NCBI GenBank assembly: GCA_021201655.1
Contig: JAJQEL010000074.1
Coordinates: 7,029-71,028 of the forward strand
Source: Erysipelotrichaceae bacterium
GTDB taxonomy: Bacteria; Bacillota_I; Bacilli_A; Erysipelotrichales; Coprobacillaceae
Direction: 5' to 3'
DNA length: 64,000 nucleotides
Shown here: positions 36,332 through 46,995 of the stretch, in pieces
Layout of the letters: each line of letters starts with the position of its first letter
How positions within the stretch are numbered: the stretch's first letter is position 1
The notes under the pieces: model-generated
What the model was told of the DNA's origin: nothing
The model's database searches: none
What the model saw: the letters and a program-made list of their open reading frames with translations, nothing else
Made by a program: the position numbers and the translations under genes

Positions 36332-36736
36332 TTATTTGACTTTTCCAAAGTCTTTCTTTTTAAATACAAGATAATTTAATATTAATAAGACCACAATATC
36401 TAAAATAAAGACAAATATAATCATTGTAGAACTATTGGTAATATTACCAATAAAACAAATGATAAATTCATTAATTAACATAACAATCACATGTCTTATA
36501 AATTCCAAAGTTGTTGTTTTCTTGGCCTTTTCTAGCATTGTACACAATGCTACACAAAGCAAGCCGACACTTCCAAACATAAAATATTGAATGATTAAAT
36601 TCAAATCATCTATACCTGTTAAAGCAAAGCTTTGAAAATAACTTAATCTCAGTATTAATAATAACGTATATCCTGTAAAAACCCCAAAAGGGAAACCAAC
36701 TAAGCATCTCAATTTTAATTTTCGCATTTTTATCAC
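36332..36736 (-). CDS. Small polytopic membrane protein
   Basis: Four hydrophobic segments. Family unclear. Confidence 0.4.
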   Translation of the reverse strand: MIKMRKLKLRCLVGFPFGVFTGYTLLLILRLSYFQSFALTGIDDLNLIIQYFMFGSVGLLCVALCTMLEKAKKTTTLEFIRHVIVMLINEFIICFIGNITNSSTMIIFVFILDIVVLLILNYLVFKKKDFGKVK

Positions 36737-36808
36737 CCATTTCTTAAAAAGAATATACGCTTAATTTTCATAATTGTCTATCATTTTTCTCAACAAGAAA
36801 GAAAATAG

Positions 36809-37723
36809 TTAATAGTTATCTTCAATTTCTTTGATTTTTTGATACAATAACTTGTTCTGTGGAACATGAATATGATATTGATTAGCTAATGGAATAATAG
36901 TCCCTGAAAATAATTCTAATTCTGACTTTCGATGAGCTAAAATATCCTGACGCATGGAAGGCATAGCATCTGAACTTAAGGCATCAATAGCTTTTAACCA
37001 ATTATCGATTTCATCATCTGTCAATAAAATACCTAGGCACTTCGCTACTTGTTGGACTTCTTTCATGGTTTCAATCATCATATTTCTCATAGTTATATTA
37101 TTTTGCACACCACCATAAGGTATATCGTAAGCTCCACATACTTGATTGACGCCACAATTAAGCATAAGCTTGCTCCATTGGTCGTGGATAATATCAGAAG
37201 ATATAACATAAGAAATATGAACTTTATCAAAGAAATCAATCAATATATCAAATGCTTCTTTTTGATTTTTATTATCCATCCCAACAACAAGTTCACCAGT
37301 ACAAGAATAATTAACTTCATTATTTTGGTAAACTGAATCCATTTTTTGAGCAATACAACGTATAATCGTATTATTTTTAAATGTATTAGATAATATATCT
37401 TCACTAGAAATACCATTTAAGGTAGAAATGATAATAGTATCATCATTGATAAATGGTTTAGATATGTCAATAGCATCGTTTAATGCTGGAAATTTGATGG
37501 CATATATCAATAAATCTACTGGTTTATAATTATGGATATCACTGCAATAACGAAATTGACATAATTGATTATTACAATATAAAGGATATTGCTGATATTT
37601 TGTTAATCTATCTTTATCAACTATGAATACCATATTATTACCTAATGATTGTTGAATAATTTGTCCAAATATAACACCTATAGCACCTCTACCAACAATT
37701 CCAACTGTTTTTATTTCTTTCAT
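36809..37723 (-). CDS. panE: 2-dehydropantoate 2-reductase (ketopantoate reductase family)
   Basis: N-terminal Rossmann motif VGIVGRGAIG and an ApbA_C-like C-terminus (SMRQDI). Confidence 0.75.
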   Translation of the reverse strand: MKEIKTVGIVGRGAIGVIFGQIIQQSLGNNMVFIVDKDRLTKYQQYPLYCNNQLCQFRYCSDIHNYKPVDLLIYAIKFPALNDAIDISKPFINDDTIIISTLNGISSEDILSNTFKNNTIIRCIAQKMDSVYQNNEVNYSCTGELVVGMDNKNQKEAFDILIDFFDKVHISYVISSDIIHDQWSKLMLNCGVNQVCGAYDIPYGGVQNNITMRNMMIETMKEVQQVAKCLGILLTDDEIDNWLKAIDALSSDAMPSMRQDILAHRKSELELFSGTIIPLANQYHIHVPQNKLLYQKIKEIEDNY

Positions 37724-37767
37724 TTGTCTCTCGCCTCAACATACTTTAAATTTTTGATATATCTTAT

Positions 37768-38040
37768 TTATGAATGCATCTTCGCAAGTTCATCAAGCGT
37801 TAATACGCAACCACATTTTTGGCATCGAAAAATATATCCATAATGGACAACTTTTAGATTTGATACAAAGAATGGATCAGATTTTGAGTTGACATCTTTG
37901 CCTTCAACTATTTCTGATGTTTTTTCTTTTATTAGCTTTCCTGAACATTTTGGACATTTTTTTGAGTGAAATAGCATTGTTTTCATTTGTGAAAAAGTAA
38001 AATCATATTTGAAACCCTGAACTTTTTCCTTTTCCTGCAT
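37768..38040 (-). CDS. Small zinc-ribbon protein
   Basis: Cysteine pairs CPKC...CQKCGC. Confidence 0.45.
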   Translation of the reverse strand: MQEKEKVQGFKYDFTFSQMKTMLFHSKKCPKCSGKLIKEKTSEIVEGKDVNSKSDPFFVSNLKVVHYGYIFRCQKCGCVLTLDELAKMHS

Positions 38041-38111
38041 AGTTTCTCCTCCTTGTTTATAAGTATTATATCATAAAAAACCAACAAAGAAATATTTACT
38101 GGTTTTATCAC

Positions 38112-39386
38112 TTATGAAACCTTTTTACCACCATATTTTCTTACTTTAAGAACATGACATGAACCTTCACCAAAATATTTCTCAATTTCGGTTTTATATG
38201 TTTCTACAAATTCATCTTCTACAAAGGCTTGAATGGTTCCTGCAAAACCACCACCATGGACACGACAAACACCTTTATCCTGTAAGATATCTTCTGATAA
38301 GGCAATAGCTAATGATACAGCCTGATTGCCTGCATCATGAGGAGAATAACAGTTTTGTAGATATTTATAGCTACTTTCTCCTGAAGCTTTAATAGTTTCT
38401 TTGAAAGTATCAAAATCTAAAGCATTTAAAGCATTCACAGCTTGAACAACACGTTTGTTTTCGTTAAACAAGTGCATAGCACGAAGAACCGCACGATCAT
38501 TGGTAGCTTTTCGAATAGCTGGTATTTGTTGATAGAAGTCTTGTTCATCGACTTCTCTTAATACATTTTTATTAAAGAATTTAGCGACTTGTTTCATTTC
38601 TAAAGGTATATCAGCATAATCACTTGTTAAATCAGCATGCGATGCATGTACATCTATAATACATAAACTATGTTTGAACTCAGGAAAATCAACTTCTATT
38701 TTTTCTACCATTGGAGAGGCAGAATCTTTAAAATCAATATGAATGAGACTACCAATAGAACATGCACATTGATCCATAAGTCCACAAGGTTTTTCAAAAT
38801 AAACATTTTCACTATATTGACCAATTTGTGCTATTAATAAAGGATCAATACTCATATCATTATATAAACCTGAAATAATTGTCCCAATCATAACTTCAAA
38901 AGCAGCTGATGATGATAAACCTGATCCTTGCAAAACATCGCTTGTTATGAATGCATTAAAACCACCAATATGATATTTTAATTCTTGTAGCTTATATAAT
39001 ACACCTCTGATAAGTCCTTCAGAAGTTCCTACTTCACTATCTTTTTTAGTAAGGTCAGAAACATCAATTGTATTGATATCATAATCATCTGATAAAACAT
39101 GAATAGTATCACTTTTACCTACAATAGCTATCATATCCAAATTAATAGCGGCAGCTAAAACTTCTCCATTTTGATGATCTGTATGATTACCACATACTTC
39201 ACTTCTTCCAGGTACACTATAAATTTCTATTTCTTCATCACCATATAAAGAAATATATTTTTCAATAGCCTTGATATATCTTTCTTTTTGATAAGAGAGC
39301 AAACTTTCATCTACATAAACATCTAATAAGATATCATCCAATTGATTATTTTGAATGTTTTGAATGAGTTTTGTTGCGGGTGTCAT
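38112..39386 (-). CDS. galK: Galactokinase
   Basis: GRSEVCGNHTDHQNG signature and GHMP motif GSGLSSSAA. Confidence 0.9.
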   Translation of the reverse strand: MTPATKLIQNIQNNQLDDILLDVYVDESLLSYQKERYIKAIEKYISLYGDEEIEIYSVPGRSEVCGNHTDHQNGEVLAAAINLDMIAIVGKSDTIHVLSDDYDINTIDVSDLTKKDSEVGTSEGLIRGVLYKLQELKYHIGGFNAFITSDVLQGSGLSSSAAFEVMIGTIISGLYNDMSIDPLLIAQIGQYSENVYFEKPCGLMDQCACSIGSLIHIDFKDSASPMVEKIEVDFPEFKHSLCIIDVHASHADLTSDYADIPLEMKQVAKFFNKNVLREVDEQDFYQQIPAIRKATNDRAVLRAMHLFNENKRVVQAVNALNALDFDTFKETIKASGESSYKYLQNCYSPHDAGNQAVSLAIALSEDILQDKGVCRVHGGGFAGTIQAFVEDEFVETYKTEIEKYFGEGSCHVLKVRKYGGKKVS

Positions 39387-39388
39387 TA

Positions 39389-40399
39389 TTATATTACTTC
39401 AAACTTATATGATGTATATTCATCATAAGTTTCTCCTTTCTTTAAAATTGTTGATGGATTTTCTTCTAAGTGAATAGCATCAGGAAGATTTTCAGTTTCG
39501 ATGCATACAGCATCTCTTTCATAGTAATGTTGTCCATATTTGCCTAAACGTCCGTCTAAATAGTTAGCAGTATAGATTTGAGCTATTGGTAAACTGGTTG
39601 AAACTGTGAGTCTTCTAGATGTTTCAGGATGTTCTAAAATGACCTGATTTTCTTTAGCAGTGAGAATGAATGGATGATCAAAGCCTTTACCAATATGCAA
39701 TTGTTCATCATTTTGATTAACTCTTTCACCAATGTATGCTGGTTGATTGAAGTCAAAAGGTGTACCTTTAACATCATTAAACACTCCTGTCGTTAAACCA
39801 TCTTTATCTACACAAGCGTATTGATCAGCTTTTACTGTTAATAAATGCTGATAGACATTTTCTTTTTTGCCTGATAAGTTAAAGTATGAATGATTGGTTA
39901 TATTAATAAGTGTATCTTGATCAGTTGTTGCTTGATATTGGATTTTCAATGTATTACCTTTTAATGTATAAATAGCATAAAAATCAAGATTGCCTGGATA
40001 GCCTTCTTCATCATCCTTTGATAAGTAATGAAAAATAATTGTTTCATCATCTTTGATTTGATAATCAAATACTTGATAAGAAAAACCTTTAATACCTCCA
40101 TGAATCGCATTCGGACCATTATTGATAGCTAATGAATATTCCTGATTGTTTAAGGTAAACTTTCCTAGTTTAATACGATTAGCGACTCTGCCTACTAAAG
40201 CACCTAAATAAGCATCTAAACTTGAATATTGACTAAAATCATCATATCCTAAAACCACATCATCAATGTTCCCATCTTTATCTTTCATCAAAACTTTCAT
40301 AATGGTGCATCCATAATTAGAAACAACAATCTCTAATAAATCATTTTTCATTGATATCATATCTATATGATCATCCAAATGTTTAATGACCTGTATCAT
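39389..40399 (-). CDS. galM: Aldose 1-epimerase (mutarotase)
   Basis: GRVANRI, NAIHGG, NHSYFNL. Confidence 0.85.
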   Translation of the reverse strand: MIQVIKHLDDHIDMISMKNDLLEIVVSNYGCTIMKVLMKDKDGNIDDVVLGYDDFSQYSSLDAYLGALVGRVANRIKLGKFTLNNQEYSLAINNGPNAIHGGIKGFSYQVFDYQIKDDETIIFHYLSKDDEEGYPGNLDFYAIYTLKGNTLKIQYQATTDQDTLINITNHSYFNLSGKKENVYQHLLTVKADQYACVDKDGLTTGVFNDVKGTPFDFNQPAYIGERVNQNDEQLHIGKGFDHPFILTAKENQVILEHPETSRRLTVSTSLPIAQIYTANYLDGRLGKYGQHYYERDAVCIETENLPDAIHLEENPSTILKKGETYDEYTSYKFEVI

Positions 40400-40525
40400 G
40401 TATTATCTCCTCCATTAATTTATTATCTTATAATCACTATTTTTTATATTTTTCATTCTAATAAGATAATTTCTTTATGTCAATATATTTTACTAAAAAT
40501 TTGAATTTTTTAGTAAATGCTGATA

Positions 40526-41533
40526 TCAATCATCCTTCAAATGTTTCTTGGCAAAATTCCATGTATCTCGACACATATCATCCAATGTCTTTTCAGCTAC
40601 CCAGTCTAACTCTTCTTTTGCACGTGTTGGATCAGCATAACATGTCGCAATATCGCCAGGACGTCTATCTTTAATAACATAAGGAATTTTGATATTGTTG
40701 ACAAGTTCAAAAGCATTGACAATATCTAATACAGAATATCCTTTACCTGTTCCCAAATTACAAATATGCACACCAGGCGTTGCATACTTTTCAATCGCTA
40801 ACACATGTCCTTTGGCTAAATCCACAACATGGATATAATCTCTCACTCCTGTACCATCTGGTGTATCATAGTCATTACCAAACACACCGAGTTCTGGTAA
40901 CTCTCCTATGGCTACTTTCATAATATATGGCATCAAATTATTTGGTATACCTTTTGGATTCTCACCTATTAAACCTGACTCATGAGCACCAATTGGATTA
41001 AAATATCTAAGTAGTGATACAGACATTTGGGGATAAGCATGAGCCACATCCATGAGGATTCTTTCCATCATCGCTTTAGATGTACCATATGGATTGGTGG
41101 TTTCACCAAGCTTGCAATCTTCTGTAAGTGGTACTGTTTCAGGATCACCATAAACTGTGGCACTTGATGAAAAGACAATACTCTTAACCTCATAATCACG
41201 CATCATCTTGGCCATAATCAGCGTTGTTGTAAGGTTATTCATATAATATTCAATAGGTTTGACAACGGATTCACCTACCGCTTTAAAAGCAGCACAATGG
41301 ATAATCGCATCTAACTTATTTTCTGCAAAAACCTGTTTTGTTTTTGCTTCATCCAAAATATTAAATTCATAAAACTTCACAGCTTTACCAGTAATTTCTT
41401 TAATATAATCCAATACTTCAGGTCTAGAATTCGAAAAATCATCAATCACCACAACATCATGACCTGCTTCTAACAATTCTACACAAATATGGCTACCAAT
41501 ATAGCCAGCACCACCTGCCACTAAAATATTCAT
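40526..41533 (-). CDS. galE: UDP-glucose 4-epimerase
   Basis: GGAGYIGSH, YGTSK. Confidence 0.9.
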   Translation of the reverse strand: MNILVAGGAGYIGSHICVELLEAGHDVVVIDDFSNSRPEVLDYIKEITGKAVKFYEFNILDEAKTKQVFAENKLDAIIHCAAFKAVGESVVKPIEYYMNNLTTTLIMAKMMRDYEVKSIVFSSSATVYGDPETVPLTEDCKLGETTNPYGTSKAMMERILMDVAHAYPQMSVSLLRYFNPIGAHESGLIGENPKGIPNNLMPYIMKVAIGELPELGVFGNDYDTPDGTGVRDYIHVVDLAKGHVLAIEKYATPGVHICNLGTGKGYSVLDIVNAFELVNNIKIPYVIKDRRPGDIATCYADPTRAKEELDWVAEKTLDDMCRDTWNFAKKHLKDD

Positions 41534-42996
41534 TGTAATCCTCCTACAAATCTCTTAAATCCTTTAATTCCTTTTTCATTCATCTTATAAACACCTGCAT
41601 CTTCTAAAACTTGTACAAACTTTTTTGTCAGTTCCATTTCTATAAAATCATCAATTGTATCTTCACTATATTCTAAAGTTTTAAGATAATTATACCATTC
41701 CTTATGTTTATCCAATGATGAATCATCATTGATATTTTGTTTACCCAATAAACATAGTTTCAATTCTTCCAACTCATTCTTTAATCTAGCGGGTAAAATA
41801 GCCAATCCCATCACTTCAATTAATCCTATATTTTCTTTTTTAATATGATGATGCTTACTATGAGGATGAAATATACCTAGAGAATGTTCTTCGCTTGTTC
41901 GGTTATTTCTTAAGACAAGATCCATTTGATACATGTTATTCTTCTTTCTCGCAATTGGCGTTATTGTATTATGTCTTTCTTTAGTATATGCAATAATATC
42001 ATTTTCTTCATCATTATAGTTTATCCATCGTTTTAATATTTTATCAGATAATTGAGTGATTTTATCTTTATCATTACTGATTAAACGTAATGTTGATAAA
42101 GGCCAATATAATATTTGTACTTGGACATCATCAATCGTATATTCTTGAATGATTTTAGCATCTTCAATAGGAAAATGATGTCTGCCTCCCTGATAATGAT
42201 CATGCGTTAAAATAGAACCGCCAACAATCGGTAAATCAGCATTGCTGCCAAGCATATAATGGGGAAATAAATCTATAAAATTCAAGAGGTTCACAAAAGT
42301 TTGATAATCAATACGCATCGGTATATGCTTTTCATTAAAAACAATGCAATGCTCATTATAATAAACATAGGGAGAATATTGGAGGTAGTATTGTTGATGG
42401 TTCAAGGAAATAGGAATAATGCGATGTGTTTGTCTTGGAGCATGATTGTAATCACCTGCAAAGCCTACATTTTCTTTACATAGCTGACATTTTGGATAAT
42501 CACTTGTTTTTATAAGTTTGGCTTTAGCTATTTCTTTTGGATCCTTTTCAGGTTTGGAAAGATTGATAGTTATTTGGATATCACCATATTTATAATAGTG
42601 AGTAAACTGGATATTTTTATCGGTTCGAGATTTTCGAATATAATTAGAATTGATGGATAGTTGATAGAAGTAGTTAGTAGCATTAATAGGATTATTTCGA
42701 TAAAGCTCATTGAATTTTTGAATAATACTATGAGGTCTAGGCATGATACAATTCATGATTTTGGTATCAAAGATATCTTTAGTTGTTATGTTGTTTTCAA
42801 TGATTTTATTTTCTACAGCATAGTCTAACATATGATCTAAGATATCATAAATATTATCATCTTGAACTTCTTCTCTTATAAAATCATTTAATTGAAGTAA
42901 ATCTAATAATAAATTCACACTATAATCTATTTCATCATCTTCTATCATTTGATGAGATAAGGCATAATTAATAAGTTGATTGATATATGTATTCAT
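41530..42996 (-). CDS. galT: Galactose-1-phosphate uridylyltransferase (long Firmicute type 2)
   Basis: 488 aa with a GalT type-2 layout (CQLC...HDHYQGG). Confidence 0.9.
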   Translation of the reverse strand: MNTYINQLINYALSHQMIEDDEIDYSVNLLLDLLQLNDFIREEVQDDNIYDILDHMLDYAVENKIIENNITTKDIFDTKIMNCIMPRPHSIIQKFNELYRNNPINATNYFYQLSINSNYIRKSRTDKNIQFTHYYKYGDIQITINLSKPEKDPKEIAKAKLIKTSDYPKCQLCKENVGFAGDYNHAPRQTHRIIPISLNHQQYYLQYSPYVYYNEHCIVFNEKHIPMRIDYQTFVNLLNFIDLFPHYMLGSNADLPIVGGSILTHDHYQGGRHHFPIEDAKIIQEYTIDDVQVQILYWPLSTLRLISNDKDKITQLSDKILKRWINYNDEENDIIAYTKERHNTITPIARKKNNMYQMDLVLRNNRTSEEHSLGIFHPHSKHHHIKKENIGLIEVMGLAILPARLKNELEELKLCLLGKQNINDDSSLDKHKEWYNYLKTLEYSEDTIDDFIEMELTKKFVQVLEDAGVYKMNEKGIKGFKRFVGGLQ

Positions 42997-43644
42997 TTAT
43001 AACACCTCACTAAAATCTTCAATGACTTGAATAACTCCAGGTAATTGTTGATATTCGTTTTTCTTATGGGCAGAATCTAAAACAATAATATGAGTACATC
43101 CTGCTTGATAGGCAGATGTTATACCACTTAATGCATCTTCATAAATAATACAATCATCTATTGAAATATGGATATTTTGAGCCGCTTTTTTATACATAGC
43201 TATCTTATTTTCATATGAACCATTATCATAAACTATTTTAGAAATATCAAACCATTGATTGAGATGAAATGATTCAATAAAGAAATCCATATTGTCTTTT
43301 ATTGATGCACTTGCAATTGTCATCGGAATATGATGTTCGATAAGAAATTCAAAATAAGAAATAACCCCATTTGTAAGATGAAAGTTAGTAATATCTTCTA
43401 AACAATATTCTCTATAATATTGTTCTTTTAATGTAGAGTAATACTTGATTTCTTCATTAGTACACGCTCTCTCCATTAAATATGGAATAATCAATTGATT
43501 AGGAACACCATTAAAATGCTCATGTAATTCTTTATCACTAATATCACAATGTCTTATTTCCTTAGATATTTTATTCCAGGCTAATACATGTTTATCATTA
43601 TCTAAAAATAACGTTCCATTAAAATCAAATATGACACCTTGCAT
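42997..43644 (-). CDS. HAD-IA hydrolase (beta-phosphoglucomutase-like subfamily)
   Basis: Motif I reads VIFDFNGTL (Asp+2 is Asn). Motif IV is YEDALSG. Confidence 0.75.
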   Translation of the reverse strand: MQGVIFDFNGTLFLDNDKHVLAWNKISKEIRHCDISDKELHEHFNGVPNQLIIPYLMERACTNEEIKYYSTLKEQYYREYCLEDITNFHLTNGVISYFEFLIEHHIPMTIASASIKDNMDFFIESFHLNQWFDISKIVYDNGSYENKIAMYKKAAQNIHISIDDCIIYEDALSGITSAYQAGCTHIIVLDSAHKKNEYQQLPGVIQVIEDFSEVL

Positions 43645-43646
43645 AG

Positions 43647-45032
43647 CTATACCTCTCTATTTTCAATAACACGCTTATACCAATAAGCAGATGCTTTCGG
43701 ATAACGTTTTTGGGTTTTAAAATCAACATAGAATAATCCATAACGTTTATTATAACCATTAGACCAGGAAAACATATCCATTAAGGACCATACAAAATAA
43801 CCTCTAATATTTATACCTTCATTGATAGCTTTTTGTAAGACTTCTAAATGTTGTTTAATATAATCAATACGTGGTTCATCATCAATGAGGCCGTTTTCAA
43901 AATCATCTTTATATCCCATACCATTTTCTGTAATATAGATACCTTTAGTAAAATTATATTGTTTTGATATACGTTTAACCATATCATATAATCCTTTTGG
44001 ATAGATCATCCAATCCCAATCGGTTGTAGGTATATCTACTTTAAAAGCACGTTCACCAATATTATTTAATCTAAAGACATTGGTTCCTTTTTCTCCAGTG
44101 CCATTATGATGGATTTGATTTTCACCATGATATGCTTTAATAAAATGACTTTGATAATAGTTAATACCTAAATAATCTATTTTATGAGATGCTTGTTGCA
44201 TGATTTTGGTATCTTTAAAATCATAGTTAAATGTGCTATCGAGTTGTTGAATAATATTAAATGTATCTTCACTAATAGTTCCTTGTAATGTCATATCTAA
44301 AAGGAACTGATTAGCTAATACATCTTCTTTATGACTAGCAATGATATCTTGATTATTGTTTTCTTCATAAGGATATTTGGTTTCTAAAGAATGGATGATA
44401 CCTATATAACCATTGTATTTTTCTTTATAGATATTTACAGCTCGGCTATGTGCAATCATCATATTGTACATGGAAGTAATCGCTTTGGAAATATCATATT
44501 TGATACATGGTGGAAATGTGCCACTAATATATTGATTACAAGCGATAGGCCATACTTCATTAAAGGTAAACCAACAAGTGACTTCATCTTGGTATTCCTC
44601 AAAACAGAATTTTGCATAATTAACATATGCCTCAATTGTCTCACTATTAAGGAAATCACCGTTTTTATGTAAAGCATCAGGTGTATCAAAATGATGCAAA
44701 GTGACATAAGGTTCTACATTATTTTTATGACATTCCTGAAATAATCGATGATAAAATTCAACACCTTCTTGATTGATCTTGCCTTTTCCTTCAGGAAAAA
44801 TTCTTGACCAGGCAATAGAAATGCGAATAGCATGAACAGAAAATTGTTGACAAAGCTTTAAATCAACAGGATACATATGATAAAAATCACTGGCTGGTTC
44901 AGGTGAAAAACGTCCTTGGGATGATAAATAATCATCCCATGCGACTTTTCCCTTACCGTGACTTAAACAACTACCCTCGCATTGATAAGCGGCAGTGGCT
45001 CCTCCAAAAACAAAATCCTTACTTAACTTCAT
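43647..45032 (-). CDS. lacG: 6-phospho-beta-galactosidase (GH1)
   Basis: Collinear with Lactococcus LacG as I remember it (ISIAWSRIFP, HHFDTP, TFNE, ITENG, WSLMDMFSWSNGY). Confidence 0.9.
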   Translation of the reverse strand: MKLSKDFVFGGATAAYQCEGSCLSHGKGKVAWDDYLSSQGRFSPEPASDFYHMYPVDLKLCQQFSVHAIRISIAWSRIFPEGKGKINQEGVEFYHRLFQECHKNNVEPYVTLHHFDTPDALHKNGDFLNSETIEAYVNYAKFCFEEYQDEVTCWFTFNEVWPIACNQYISGTFPPCIKYDISKAITSMYNMMIAHSRAVNIYKEKYNGYIGIIHSLETKYPYEENNNQDIIASHKEDVLANQFLLDMTLQGTISEDTFNIIQQLDSTFNYDFKDTKIMQQASHKIDYLGINYYQSHFIKAYHGENQIHHNGTGEKGTNVFRLNNIGERAFKVDIPTTDWDWMIYPKGLYDMVKRISKQYNFTKGIYITENGMGYKDDFENGLIDDEPRIDYIKQHLEVLQKAINEGINIRGYFVWSLMDMFSWSNGYNKRYGLFYVDFKTQKRYPKASAYWYKRVIENREV

Positions 45033-45034
45033 AC

Positions 45035-46679
45035 TTACTCTCCTTCTAAAATTGAAAATACAAATTCCAATGCTTTTTGTGGATTACGAGTTAATTCAAT
45101 ATATTTTTTTCCATCACATGAAGCACATTTAATACCTAATCTATCCGTATCTTTCTTTAAATCTTCATAATAATTAGCCACTTGTGGTGCTAAAACAACC
45201 AAATCATAATCTTTCAATAAATCATAGTGCGCACCATATGAGCCAGCTGCCGTAATAATGGAAATGCCTTTTTCTGCTGCTCCTTTAGCAAGTGCATTAG
45301 CTAATAAACCACTTGTCCCGCCACCAGCACATAATACTAAGACACGTTTTTCATTAACCACATCATTACTTACTTCAATATGTTCCTCCTCTTCCTGTTT
45401 ATAACCACCTTTTAATGCTTCTTCTTCACATTTTTCTTTATCATAAACCTTAAAGAATGGATAATAGACCACAAAGTCAACAGCTAAAACCAATACTGCA
45501 AAAACAACAGATAACAAGGTGATGCCACAGCCAAGAATAATACCCAATGGTCCTGGGGTTGTCCAAGGTAAGATATACATGAAACTATTCATACCTAAGA
45601 AATCTACAAAGATCTTAAATAGCCAAACATTCAATATTGGTGCAAATACAAAGGGAATAAAGAAGATTGGATTTAAAATAAGCGGTGCACCAAATAAGAT
45701 GGGTTCATTCACTCCAAATAAAACAGGAATAGAACTTGCTCTACCTACAGCTTTTAATTCTTTAGATTTTGCCATAAAAGCAAACATCAACGTAATCACT
45801 AACGTGGCACCTGTTCCTCCTAGTGTAGCCACAAATTGTTGAACACCAGGCGTTAAAATATTATATGCGTGTGCTCCTGTTTGATAAAGTTCTAAGTTAG
45901 CTGCAATATTAACATAATAAATAGCGGAAACTGCTGGTTCTACAATAGATGGACCTTGAATACCGACAAACCAGAATAGAGACATAGCCCCGTAAATAAT
46001 GGCTAACCCTAAATAACCATCAGCAGCTGTAAAAATCGGTTTAAAGAATTCAATCACCGCTGCAGCAAAACACATCCCAGCAAAATGTCTAAATACAATA
46101 TCAAACAATGCTAATAAGATAATTGATATTGCAAAAGGAATAACATCTGCAAATGTTTGGGAAATATTAGGTGGAACTTCTTCAGGCATACGAATAGTAA
46201 TATTTCTTTTAACACAAAACTTGTATACATTGCAAACAATAAATGCCACTAAAAAAAGCTGTTAACAACCCTTTAGATCCCATATATCCACTCGCAAAAC
46301 CATCTTCAATACTATCCACAGCTACTACCATAAACCCAACAATAGCAGCCATAAATGTTGATATATTATTGATTTGACGATTCACTGGCATATCTCTGTT
46401 TAGACTGTCACAAAGATTCTTGGCAGTTGATCCAGCCACTAGTACGGCTAATAATCCCATTGAATAGTTATATGGTTTCAAGATCATTGTTTCAATGCTT
46501 TCAGACCAATAGAATCCAAAAATATTAGGAACATAAGCAATTAACATAAAGATACTTGAGAATAATACTACTGGCATTGCTGACATAAAGCCATCGCGAA
46601 TGGCCTTTAAGTATTTATTGCGAGAAACTTTTTCAAATAAAGGCTTTGCCTTTTCAATTTGTCCAATTAATGCATCCAT
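45035..46679 (-). pseudogene. lacE: PTS lactose-family EIICB, interrupted by a +1 frameshift in a homopolymer
   Basis: ORFs 46209-46679 (EIIC N-terminus) and 45035-46249 (rest of EIIC plus EIIB, VLVLCAGGGTSG) join into one LacE-like frame if one base of the A7 run at 46251-46257 is removed. Confidence 0.85.
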
Positions 46680-46688
46680 AACTTTCTC

Positions 46689-46994
46689 CTATCTATATAT
46701 ATCCATTATATTATTAACAATATCTTTTAATAAAATAGATGTCATTAAATGATCTTGCGCATGAACAGTAATAAAACTAATTTCAATATTCTCACCACGT
46801 GCTTCCATTTGCAATAATTCTGTTTGTGCACGGTGCGCATCATTCAAGCATTCATTAGCTTCATCAATAAGCTTTTGACATTCATTAAAATTCTTTTGTT
46901 TAGCCTTTTCAATTGCTAATAATAATTTACTTCTGGCATCACCTGAATAGGCTACTATTTCAAAACCTATCATACTTGCTTCTTCTTTTGTCAT
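46689..46994 (-). CDS. lacF: PTS lactose/cellobiose-family EIIA
   Basis: 101-aa helical protein with FEIVAYSGDARS...AHRAQTELL...HAQDH. Confidence 0.85.
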   Translation of the reverse strand: MTKEEASMIGFEIVAYSGDARSKLLLAIEKAKQKNFNECQKLIDEANECLNDAHRAQTELLQMEARGENIEISFITVHAQDHLMTSILLKDIVNNIMDIYR

Positions 46995-46995
46995 A

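Noticed and set aside
40490-40516. A perfect 10-bp inverted repeat (ttactaaaaa-N7-tttttagtaa) between galE and galM.
   Set aside because: It consists only of A/T pairs plus one G-C pair and has no T-tail on the coding strand. It is most simply a weak intra-operon hairpin or chance AT palindrome. I cannot support an operator call.
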